Shown: piece after piece, positions 27,843-40,600 of the stretch
Position numbering within the stretch: position 1 is the stretch's first letter
Layout of the letters: each line of letters opens with the position of its first letter
DNA from: Intoshia linei
Lineage: Eukaryota > Animalia > Orthonectida
Direction of reading: 5' to 3'
DNA length: 64,000 bases
Assembly (NCBI GenBank): GCA_001642005.1
Contig: LWCA01000039.1
Location: forward strand, 1-64,000
Notes under the pieces: generated by a model
The model's database searches: none
What the model was told of the DNA's origin: nothing
Seen by the model: only the letters and a program-made list of their open reading frames with translations
Program-made: the position numbers and the translations under genes

Positions 27843-30800
27843 TTATTCATCACATAAAACATTAAATTCCTTAACCATGTCGTTATAAATTTCATCGTAT
27901 TCATCCAATATAGCTTTTTTACCTAGGGTTGGTTCCTAAAATAAATATTAATGTACTTTTTATATTTCAAACCATAAACTTCATAGAACTAATTCTATTG
28001 ATTATACCAGAAAGAGAATCGTACAGAATGGCCCAAGTAATTTTGTTATCGGTATTTGCACACGATTTAATGGCATTTGTTGCCATCTCGTGAAAACTTA
28101 TAATGTTTTTCAACATTCCAACTGCTTTGTAAAAAGGACAGTTTCTAAATTTTATTGATAACATTGACAGTCCCAGAAATTTCAAAAAAAATTTAACATA
28201 AATTCTTAAATTCAAGGACAAAACACTTTACTATTATTCGTTTTTTAAAAATGAAAACCGTTTTAGAATTGAAAAAAACATAAATTGTGGAACAGTTTTT
28301 AAATAATAAGAATTATCATAAATTGCAACCTCAAAAACGTGCATCTTCGTAGTCAATATCATAAGTTAGCTTTTAATTTTTAAATAAAAAACCAAGTCTT
28401 AAAAATTAAAAAAAGATTTAGCAACTTGATTAGTTTACCATATTCGTGATTAAAATAATACTTATCATATGATGAATATCCATTTTGTTGAAGAAAATCG
28501 TCTTTGATTAATTTTGCAACCTCAATATTCACTTTATCATTTTCAGCAAGAGATGACTAAATTCATTTCATTAAAACTATTAAAAATCACTTACAGTTCA
28601 ATTAAATAAAATTTATAAAAATTTCCTGATTATTATAATTTTACTTTAGTGTCCTTAAAACCTCCATATTCCCGGTTTAGAGTTAGTTTAAAACAATTGG
28701 TCTTGAGATAATTTTAAAAAATTTGAAAATGGCCAGATTTAATTAATCTACATATGCCTACTGTCTTTTCTCGATTATAAGTCTTCTTATATTCGAGAGT
28801 AGAAGGAAAAATGCTCATAATCAAAAACAAGCAGACTTTTAAGCAGACCTTGAAAAATATAAAAAATACATTAAAAGTTTTTTTCTAATTAGTATAAACT
28901 TAAAAATTAGACATTCTATTGTATGAAGGAAGTTATTTTTTAGAAATAAATTGATATTTTGTCCATTTCTTGTTTAAAGTTCTTTCTTTCGAATACAAAC
29001 ATAAACTGCTTATATTCAAATATTATTTAATTAAAAATTTTACTGATAATTTGTATTTCAGGGGTCTGCTTATAATCCAGAAAAGACAGTAGTCTTCATA
29101 GAGTCGATTTATAATCGTCAAAAGTCAAGACAAAATTTAAATACTCTATTTTTATTGATAACTTACCATTTCTAATTATTCATAATATTAATAAAGCATA
29201 CGGTCGATTTTGTTACAGAACAGAAATACCCCAGTAGATACATTTTAAAGCAATTTAAACTAAGTACATAAAAATGTTTAAGAACAACTAACGTACAGTG
29301 CACTGCAGTATACGACGTACTATTTATAAAAAATACCTTTCCAACCAACTGAACAATTTCACTCAAATCTTCATCTTCTTGTAAAATTTCATTACACTAA
29401 TAGAAATGGTTAATTTTGTATACATGACAATATCCATTGCCCATTTTAATAATAAAAGTTCAATAAAAACAGAAAAAAAGTACCTTTTTTCTATATCCTA
29501 CAAATTCTGGGTAATGTTCATCATAATAATCATTTAATCTATTTACATATTTACTATAACTGGTTAGCCAGTTAATAGATGGAAAATGCTTTCTTTGAGC
29601 GAGTTTTTTATCCAAACCCCAGAAAACTTGTACAATACCTAATGTGGCAGTAGTAACGGGATCTGAGAAATCTCCACCTGGCGGTGAAACACTAAATACA
29701 ATTATTTTAAATTAATCAAAAATTCCTTGGTCGCATAGGTAAATCATAGTAAACAAGTCATTTAATTTATCTATTATCACGTCATTAGTATTCCCCATCG
29801 ATAAATAAATTCGTGTTATTTAAAATACTTAATTTACATTTAAAACTAATTCCCGCTCCAACTTTAAAGTGTCAATTTAATTTTTTTAACTTGTAAATAT
29901 AAAATATTTTGTAGCACAATTGAAAATTGACTTGTAATAGTGTCAATAAATAAAATCAATAAAATGTGAGACAATAATGACAGATTCAAAAAAAAGTAAT
30001 ACAGTAATAAAATACAACATGTATCATATTTATCAATATTAATAGTTTAAATATTACGCTCCAACTATCGATATCGAAGCTGATCGTTCTGGATTTCCTA
30101 GGCACTTCACTACTCCAGCTCGTTCATAAAATGATGCAAGTCGTGAAGACAGATAAGCGGGGTAACCAGAATCAGCTGGCATTTCAGCTAATCTACCCGA
30201 TATTTCTCTTAAAGCTTCAGCCCACCTTGAAGTTGAGTCGGCCAACATGCCAACATTATATCCTTGATCACGGTAGTATTCCGATATTGTTATACCGGTA
30301 TAAATGGATGCCTCCCTAGCTGCCACGGGCATATTGGAAGTATTTGCAACTAGAGTAGTTCTATCCATGATTGATGCAGATTCACCACCTACTTCAATTC
30401 GTAATTTCGAAAAATCTCTCAGAACCTCCGACATTTCGTTTCCTCTTTCACCACAGCCAACATAAACAATTATATCACTATTTGAATATTTTGACAAAGA
30501 CTGACTTATTACAGTTTTTCCGCATCCAAATGCTCCAGGTATTGCCGTAGTACCTCCTTGAACGCATCTAAATTTTAATTTATTCTTATTTTTACACATC
30601 TACATAAATCAGCGATTGATACTGCATGATTGATTCGCAGCTTTTTCCAAGTCGTTCACATAAAATTTAAAGAAAGTTTTTTTTAAAAGTCACCATATAC
30701 TTTTCAATTCATTATAATGATTAAAACAGGTATGCAATTTAAATTGAAGTAGTCCTCCACGGACCTTACATAGCAATCAAATTAAAAATTATAATAATTG

Positions 30801-33800
30801 TTGTATATAAAACTTTAAAAATTACGGAAAAAGGCAATCTAAAACTCTTTGTCCAGTAAATAACGGTTTATCAGCTTTTAACTTTTTAGAAATTGGTCTA
30901 GGTTTTCTAACGGGCCACATGTGTTTCATAGTATGTTTCGAAGCGACTCCATCAAACTCAGTTTCCATTACAATATCCTATATTAAATTAATTCATTAAG
31001 GTAAACCAGTGATTCCAGGTTGGGATTCCCGTACCCCTCCCGGGGTCCAAAACTATATATCTTGAGGTTCGTGAGAATCAAATAAAATAAAAAAAAATTT
31101 TATCAATTTTTGTTCATTATTATAATGATAGTTTTTAATATTTATTACAGAGTTGCCAGAAGTTGGGAATTTATTCCAAAGCCTAAACGACCGCTAGTTG
31201 GTTATTTTAAAAACACCACTTTTATCCCACCATTAATAAATTTTAATAAAAAATACCATTTCAAACACACAGGGAAAAATCGACTTTTACCGATATTTTT
31301 TTGAAAAATCCATTAATTAATTAATCAAACCACAAAAATAAAAAATCCAATTCTACCAACCCTTAAGCGAAAAATCATATTTTTCTCCTATTTTTTTGGA
31401 AAATTCGTTTTTCCCTAATCTCATAAACAACAACTTCCTAATCCTTAAACTATAATAAAAAATACAATTTTACCAATCCTTAATGGAAAAATCCCATTTT
31501 TTTAATATTTTTTTGAAAAACACGATTTTACCAAATCTTATAGAAAAAATTTTAATTTTTTTCATAAATTTTTTATATTTCATGTTTCATTGGTTAAAAA
31601 AAATAATATTTTTAATTGGGGTTGTAGTATAGACACTGTACACTATTTGAATCGGGAAACACTGATGTAAACATATTTACATTTTAACAATATTTATACG
31701 TCTGAATAGTAAGCAAAATTCAATTTCATTGGAAACTGGTATCTAGGGTTGCGCCCGAATAAATATAAATGTATATACTTAGAAACGTATATATTTACAT
31801 ATAAATATGCAAAAACAATGGATTCTGCAAACGACATAGTGCATCACTTATCCCAAACATATTTAAAGACTTTAGAATGTCACATTAAATGTATTGTATA
31901 ATAATACAATACAATCAAATAATTATTAGATTTTTTAAGGGTTTTAAGGGCTTGGATTCCTCATAAATAACTCGTAAACCACATGTCCTAAACTGGCGCA
32001 ATTTGCATCACACGTTCCATGAAAAATAAATGAAAATGATAATTAATAAAAACTGGTAAAAAAAATAATAATTGCAATAAATAAATTGTACATTAACATT
32101 ATAAGAACCAGCTTCAGCCATCCAAGTAATTGTACCTCGTTCAATTGGATTTAACATAATGTAATGTTTCATTAGACTATTTTCGTAGACGGTACCATAA
32201 ATATCACCTCCGGTAATATGATTGTTAACCTAAATAAAATTAAAAAATGTTTTCATTATATTGAAACCTTAACATTAGACGGTTCAAAATCCCACATTTT
32301 ATTCACATTCAATGCTGGAATACTAACTCCTCGTGGTATGTAAATATCATTAAAAACTTTTCCAATTTCTTCCAGTGGTCTTTGTATGCCTAAAAATATG
32401 TAAAGCTATAATTTTTATCAACAGTACTTAGTTATATAAAATAATAATATATGTCTGTATGTTCCAGTTTATTTAAGAAAGTAAGAGACGTAGAGGTTTA
32501 AAAGCACCAATGTCTAATACAGTTTTTCAAGAGTCATGTTTTATCACAAATTTCATTTTCAGAAATTGAGTACTTTAGAGTGAAAAACCAAAAATACCCT
32601 TTTCCTAATAAATTAAAGTCTTAGATTTTTTTAAACATGACAGATTTTCAAATCACGAACATTATAATTAATTTGAAAATCAAAAACTTCTAACTTCAAT
32701 CAAACAAAAATCTACACGGCATAAACCTTAAATTACCCATTATTTTAAAAAATCGAGGAAAACTAAGTTGTAGAAGTTAATAAAAAGGTTATAGTGGTAC
32801 AGCTTATTCCAATTGATCAAGATAAAAAAATTCACCACAGAAATCAACGTATTCCCGATCAAAAATTCAAAAAATGGGAATTGAACGTATACCCATTTTA
32901 AATAGAAAAGCATGAGTTTCAATATCATAAATTGATTCCTTCAGTTTTTATCTTTGCTATGAAATTTCTCATTTTCAAAATCTTTTAAGTTTAAAATCAA
33001 ATTTAGTACATATTTGAATAATATCATAAATAATAATTGTAAAGTAAATGTATAACTTTGTTATTATCATTTTTAGATTTATCATAAATCTAAATGTTGG
33101 TAACATTCCTCAGCGGATAATGTTTTTAAACAAGCTGAATCCGTTAACAAAATAAAAAATATTTTTTACTTATGGAAAGCGGATATTGACTGTATTTCAT
33201 TAATTGATTGGAAAAAGGTATTTATATACATTATATATTTATTTATTATTGTATAATTTAATTTTTTCTGGATTTTTTATTATTTCTGACGATTTTTAGG
33301 GTTGACTATGTTATACTGTTTTGAGTTTATTTTTAAGATAATACACTCATTATCTTAATAAATCAAAAAAATGACATTACAAAATTGTTTTTAAAATTCT
33401 TTACACAAATGTTAACAATAAAATCTTGGTAATTCAGTTTAGATTTAATTTAATGTGAAATGACCAATCCATGGTAAAACAAGTTTAGGAACCACTCCTT
33501 TAAAGGATTGGTAATAGTAAATACTATCATGTTTGGCAATTTTAAAATGTTTATATAAGATTTTATTAATAAATTTATTTTTTGGTAGAATTAAAAAAGT
33601 CTGTCCTCGACAGAGCTAGGTACTGTTTGTACCAAGTAACTAACAGTCAAACTAATTGTAAATATAAAATAAACAATAATTATAACCATCATAAATGCTT
33701 CCCAACATTCCTGGTCCAAGTTCAACTGATAATGGTGTTCCAGCTCTGTATATTGGATCACCAACTGTAGTGCCAGCTAAGAATAAGTAATTATAAATCA

Positions 33801-34442
33801 TACATAATGCATCGATATTTGCAAAATTTAACGTGTTTAAAATGTAAAGATAATTTTACCCGTTTCTTCATAAACTTGAATCGTTGCAGTGTCCATTTCT
33901 AGTCTGATTATTTCTCCAATTAATTTATTGTATCCAACACGAACAAGTTCGAACATGGCAGCTCCAGCCATTTTTCTAGCAATGACAACTACAAGAAAAC
34001 TAATTTTTCATATCATACATGTAAATTACTGTTCTTAAAAATAACCTTCAATAAGTCATATTAATAATAATAATAATGTAATACAGAGATACCCCAATTA
34101 ATTGAATCTGAAAAACCGTACCAATCGAAATTATAAACCAATACATTTTATAACCGCAATAATTCTTCTTAATGATTTCAAAAATAATACATATATAGTT
34201 GTCCGACATAAATAATAATTCAACATTTAATAAACCCGATTTGTGAATCTGGTATATAATGTACTTAAGGTTACCACAAGTAATTTATATGCATAAAAAA
34301 ATATTCATCCCTATATAATCAAAACAAATAAACTACCTGGACCAGAGACTGAAAATATAATTCCAACATTAGATTCATTTTCTGTAAATGTTTCTCTTCG
34401 AAACGCATCCCCTGACGTTGGATCATCAAGTTGTATGTTCAT
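27843..34442 (-). CDS. ATP6V1A: V-type proton ATPase catalytic subunit A, 12 exons, 624 aa
   Basis: Exons 34442-34337, 33988-33860, 33776-33687, 32389-32268, 32229-32092, 30977-30826, 30567-30058, 29691-29484, 29396-29337, 28556-28462, 28144-27973, 27935-27843 (1875 nt). Motifs [59 protein letters not shown]. Confidence 0.97.
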
Positions 34443-34634
34443 TATAAATTCAAAAAGAAATTTACTGAAGTTAGCTATAGATACACTTTATAAATCAATA
34501 TTGTTTCCAAACTTTCATATTTACAGTTAAATTTGACACTATTTAAAATATAAAACGTAAAATAATGGCAAATTTATCACAAGAATAAAAAACAAATTTA
34601 TTAAACATATTTTAACAAACATTTACTATTCGTT

Positions 34635-37600
34635 TTATTTTTGAAATTTTGAATGATTCAATTTAATGTACCCCATAAATAATATAATTGAGGTAATTAA
34701 AGCATATTTGGATGCATTACTAAATGACAACAATTAAATTACATCAATAACCATTTTTTTCAAATTTTACACCATGGTTCTCAAAAAACGGCCATTTTTT
34801 TTAGTTTGGTAGTAAATGAAACATTCATTCCACCACTGTACCACCAATGTAACATTTTGAAAACGGCAAAAGTTTCCAAGTCGCCAAATTTTACATTTGG
34901 GTTTTCTTCCAATTTAGAAATCGTTAAACTAAAGATAATATAAAATATACCTTTTCGAATTCCATTTCAAAAAATTATAAACTTTTGACAAAAACGATGT
35001 ACGATCATTGATATTTGATATTTCATTTTTCGAACTAAATTTTTTATTCAATTTACTAAGGGTGTTTCCAACCTGGACGATTTTACTTTTTTTGTGACGA
35101 GAAAATTTGAAAAAAATTATACCTACTTATTTACTTATGGACCATACCAAAAAGGTTTGAGAAGCAGAATATCAATATAAGGTTTCGTCCAGGTTAGATG
35201 TCTTTAAACCAAATCTGTGGCATTTTTATTGAAATGATAATAAAAAAAATCTTATATACATGATTTTCAGAATAATTTGTTTATTAATATCATTAGTCCT
35301 AGAAGATGAAGCACTCCAATACATAGGTGAATGTAATTGCTTATCGTTACAAATTGATTCAGATCTATCAGGAGTTTCTTTCTTGACAAATCCATCAGTC
35401 GACATGACTAGTTGACAATTTTTCTAATAATGCAGTTAAAAGGTATTTTAGCATCATATACAGTGTAAGTCCTATTTACTATTAAGTTAAATCTACTTAT
35501 ATATCTACTTGTATATAGAAATTTATGACATTATAAAGATTAACATTTTGATGGTTTTATTTTTTATTTAAAAAAATCATATCAAGAAATTTCTTAATTT
35601 TTGTTATCTAAAATTCCGTTAAACATGACTTACCCTACAAAGTACAGTATAATTAAACATATAAATTAAAATACTGGAATAATTGCTGCATCATCATCAA
35701 AAGTTAAATCATCAGATATCCAAATCATCATGTCATATTCATTAGAAATTTTTGAATTTTGAAAATCTTCACATGTTGGTTTGCAACAGCAATCTTCAAT
35801 CTTGAATAGAATAAATAAATACATAATATATCAGTGGTTCCCTGCTGATACAGTTACCCGAACTACGTCCAAATAATTTCGTTTAGACCAGGGTACTAAT
35901 AGTGTAATAGTACCAAGTGAAGATAAAAATTTTGGAGAGTGAAATGAATTAAACTGCATCAACTTTATAAAACTATTAGAATAATTAATATTCAAAGTTC
36001 TAAAATTTTAATTTTTAAAAAAAAGGGCATTTGGATTTTAACTGTAAAGGTGGAAATTTTGAAAAGTAAAATTTATCTTTCTTGCACTGCCAAAAAACAG
36101 ACATGGAATTTGTGTCATTTTTCTAAATAAATGGTTACACAGATACATTTTTACTCTATATTCAAGTAAGTAAGGATGAGAATTAATACCCTTTAAATCT
36201 ATATTGTATAGCTTTATCGAAATTTTATTTAAAAATCAATAAATTTTCGATTAATCACAAATCTCTAATATGAGTCTCAAGTTGGTACTCTCAACTCATT
36301 GAATACATGTTAGCTTCGATTATCAAAGTGATTCTTTTCCCGAAATAAAAATACAAACAATGTAATGTTATATAATTATTATTCCTATCAAAGTGTAGTG
36401 TTTAAAAAATAATTTACTATTAAAAATTTTTCAACGTTTGCAATTCTAACGGAATTGACGGCAGTTTTTTCAAAAAGTGACACGGAATTAAATTTTTTGG
36501 CATTTGGTACAAAATGTAGACGAATCAAACTTTCTATAAACTTTGACTAAAAATTAAATTATACATATAAATATAAATATTATGCATTCATTAATACTGA
36601 AATGTAACTATTAATTCAGATTCTCAAAAAGGTGTGAGGTATAAATATTTAAAGCAGTTCAAGTACAAGGGTTGTCTGAATATAATTTAAGATAATTATA
36701 ACTATCCAATTTTTACTGTATAAAGTATATGTCGTACAGAATTTGTAAAACTGTGAAATGCACACATTCTATGGGCAAATCGTAGAATGTGTACAATTTT
36801 CATTTATATTTTATTTTTGAGTTCCAAAAACTTTTTTTTTAACAAAACTTAATGGGGCGTTTCTTGAAATTTTTTTTATACCAAACTTTCAAGAGGGGTT
36901 TTTGGAAATATTTTTTAATAAAACTTTAGGGGTGGTTTTTTTAGAAATTATTTTGAACCAAACTTTCAACAGGGGTTTCTTAAAAATTTTTCTTTAAACA
37001 TAAAAAAAAGGGGGGTTTTAAGATTTTTTTTTAAACGAAACTTTCAAAATGGTTTTTTTAGAAATATTTTTTTGAACCAAACTTTCAAGGGGGTTTTTAA
37101 GATTTTTTTTTAAATTAAACTTTCAAGTGGTTTTAACATTTTTTTTGAACCAAACTTTCAAGGGAGTTTTTATGATTTTTTTTGAACCAAACTTTCAACA
37201 GGGGTTTTTGAGATTTTTTTTTTAAACCAAACTTTCAAGTGGTTTTAACATTTTTTTTGGAACCATACTTTCAAGGGAGTTTTTAAGATTTTTTTTTGAA
37301 CCAAACTAATTTCTAAAAAACCACTCCTAAAGTTTTATTAAAAAAAATTCCTAAAAACAACGGTTTGAGAATCCATTAATCGATCAATACGTAATTGTAG
37401 TTACATTCCTGAATGTAACATAATTCACCTTCAACTGGTCACAACTCGACCACACTCCAACTTTAAAGACAGTACGATTGTCCAAATCTGATTTCTTAAT
37501 TACTAATTTGTAAATAAAAAATGTAAACAAATAAAAATACATAAAATGGCACTAGTGATTGGTTTAAAAAAATAAAGATATCCAAATTTTGCTATAACAG

Positions 37601-40600
37601 ATAAATACAATCCAAGGTTTTGTTTGATAAGTAATCTACATAAATTGAAAATGAATCAAATTATAGATGAATACAGACTGGAAAGCACTAATGAAATTTC
37701 CAAAAGACACTTTATTGACAATTGGGTCAAACGGTACAGAATTGATAAAATTTTTGAATTCAATAGGATTGATAATATCAAATAATTCAACTAAATTAGA
37801 ATGAGACATCCATGCTGACTTTGAATTCTAATATAAAATATATTGACATGCAAGTAATGCATTATTTTACATCATTAATACTAAAACGATAAAAAATTTC
37901 ACTTAAAAACTGAATAGCATTATCACTAATTTCTACATGATAGACCAATTTATTATATTCATATCTAAAATTGTATAAAAAATATAGATACTTTTATTTA
38001 CGGAAAAATTGGAATTTCAAGTAGATTGTTATATGACATTTTTCGTAAAATGTACCATACAGTTTCTTGTAAACCTCTCTGACATAATTTTCGAAAAAGA
38101 AAAATAAATCCTAAATTTTGATTAAATTTTAAATTATAAACCACATCAGATAGATTAAGCTAACAAATTTAAAACTAAAAAGCAAAAAATCTCAAATATA
38201 TAAGATGCACGGTTTATCCTTTTCAAATCATTACATTCTTAAAAATAAACAATTACAATTATAAATGTAGTATAAATATAACAGGTAAGTAAAAAAATAA
38301 AATTACCTTCAAATGATAAACAATCGTCAGTTATTAGATTAGGTTGAGTTTCGTATTCATTTAGATATGATTTGATATCAAATAGGTTCATTCCAGAATC
38401 TTGAATATTTTCAAAAAATGTTTTCTATATAAAAAACCAAATATAACTAGCACTAAAAATTAAAATTATAATAACCTCAAAATAATTGATTTCATCTTCA
38501 TCTAATAATAGATTTTCATCAAAATCCGCCAACTGTAAATTGAATTAATCAACATTTACGAATTCAAAAGCAGTTCAAATTATAAATTCATCTTTTCCAT
38601 TTCATATACAGTATACAGTATACCATCGGTGCCAAATTGGGAACTCGACACTAGGGGTCCCAGAAATTATTTTGGGAACCAGCTAGTCCGACACTACGAC
38701 TCACACTTTATGATTCGATAATTATAAATATTTTTTAAAGTCCCTAAAATTACATTAAACTTAATAAAATATGCTTAATTCCTATATTTACTTTTTAGTG
38801 GTTATTTAATAGTCTCTGTTACTATAATATTGCATATTAAATATGTGTACGTCTCAATTATAATAGTTATTTAAAAATTATTCAAGGGTACGATTTTTTT
38901 GTAGTGTAGGGGTATTAACTGTACAGTATTTTGAGAAACGCTGCTATAATTATAATCTATATATATCTAATGTAGTACCTTGAACAAAAAAGATAAAATT
39001 GATTCAAATTTAGTAGTGAGCTATGATTTAATTTATTATTGTAAATATTAACAAACACTTTTGCAGACTCCAAATCATACAATGGACCGATAGGGTGTAA
39101 GGCAGACTTTTGAGCACACCAAAACATTTCTGAAATATTTTCCAGCATTTTAGCGGATGTCTAAATTTTTAATAATGATTACAAGCCTAATATTACATTG
39201 TACAGTGCGTGTCAAATGAACACACTGTATCTTAGATTAATTATATAAAATTCAACGACGTGTGTCTGTATTACCGTTTATTTAAAAAATTTTAAATCCT
39301 AGAATTTAAAAAAAATCAAATTCTAATTCCGTTTTTCGAGAGTGATACAGTATCGCAAATTTAATTCTCCAACATTGAGTCTTTCAGGGTCAAATACCCA
39401 AATTGTCCCTTTTTAAATAGAAAAAAATCGTATAATTTTAAAAAAACATAAATTCTAGGATAATTTTTAAAATCATTAATATCATCGCAAATATCAACCT
39501 CAGAAACTTACATCTTAATGATCACACCCCAAATGCCTTTTTTTAAATGAAAATATTCCAAGAATTTTAAAAAACATAAATTCTGGGAATCTTTTTAAAA
39601 TTATGAGTATTATCATATTACACAAAAAAATATTTGGAAAGTGAAAATAATGTATCAAACAAAAATCGCTCAATATACCTAAAAATAATGTACCTCAATA
39701 CACGTTTCGATTTCAAAATAATTTTCCATCGTCCAAATTAATTCATCCTTTACGTCATTCGAATTATCAATTATATCCATTTTGTTTGCAACTAAAATTA
39801 TATGCTTTTCCTTAATTGAAGATTTCAATGTATCCCGAATCAGAGGTAACCAATATTTTGAAATCTATTGTGATATTTAAGAAAAATTACATATAGAGTA
39901 TATTATACTGTTAGTATAATCTCTACATTTCGCCAATTCCAATAATTCGTCAAAAGGGCCAAAGTATAAAAAAATGTAAAACAAAGTAATAATATTATTA
40001 TATTAAATCATTTAATATATCCGTTATCTACTTCGCCAAATCATCTACAACAGGCATTCTCAACCCTTTTTCGCTGTGGACCATAAAATAATATTACAAA
40101 AAACCTGTTGACCCCCATAAAAATTAATAATAATGACAATTTTTAATGAATCATTACATTTGGGTAAAACGAATGATAGTCAAAAGACATGGAGTACTCT
40201 ATTTTTGCGAGATAATAAACTTGATGAACTATTAATATTAACCTTTAACCCGTAAATGTTCCCAAAATGGAACATGTTTTTCAGGTATTGTTTACAGTAC
40301 ATTATTAATTGTTTACCACATATTTTATCAGATCAATAAAAAGTCAGTATTTCTGAACCTTTATGTTTTAAAAACGACTTTATGTTACTGAAAATGTATA
40401 TAATATGTAAGAAATGTATATAATTTTCAAAAACCCCCAAAAAACTGCTGTGGAACCCGTTGAGAATTTCTGATCTACAATAAATAATTATAATGAAAAG
40501 TCCCAAAATTGGCGAATTAGAGAGAATACTGGACGTATTTTACATTTTGAACGGAATAAACATCATCGCATGAACAAACGACACAAATCACATCAGCCTA

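Noticed and set aside
34781-35214. Alternative last exons suggesting Miro lacks its transmembrane tail
   Set aside because: An in-phase exon at 34719-34635 encodes a hydrophobic stretch plus basic tail, and the 34772-35170 ends look hAT-MITE-like.
36825-37355. Regularly spaced repeats resembling a CRISPR array
   Set aside because: The units are contiguous degenerate tandem copies with no unique spacers, no cas genes are present, and the context is a eukaryotic intron.
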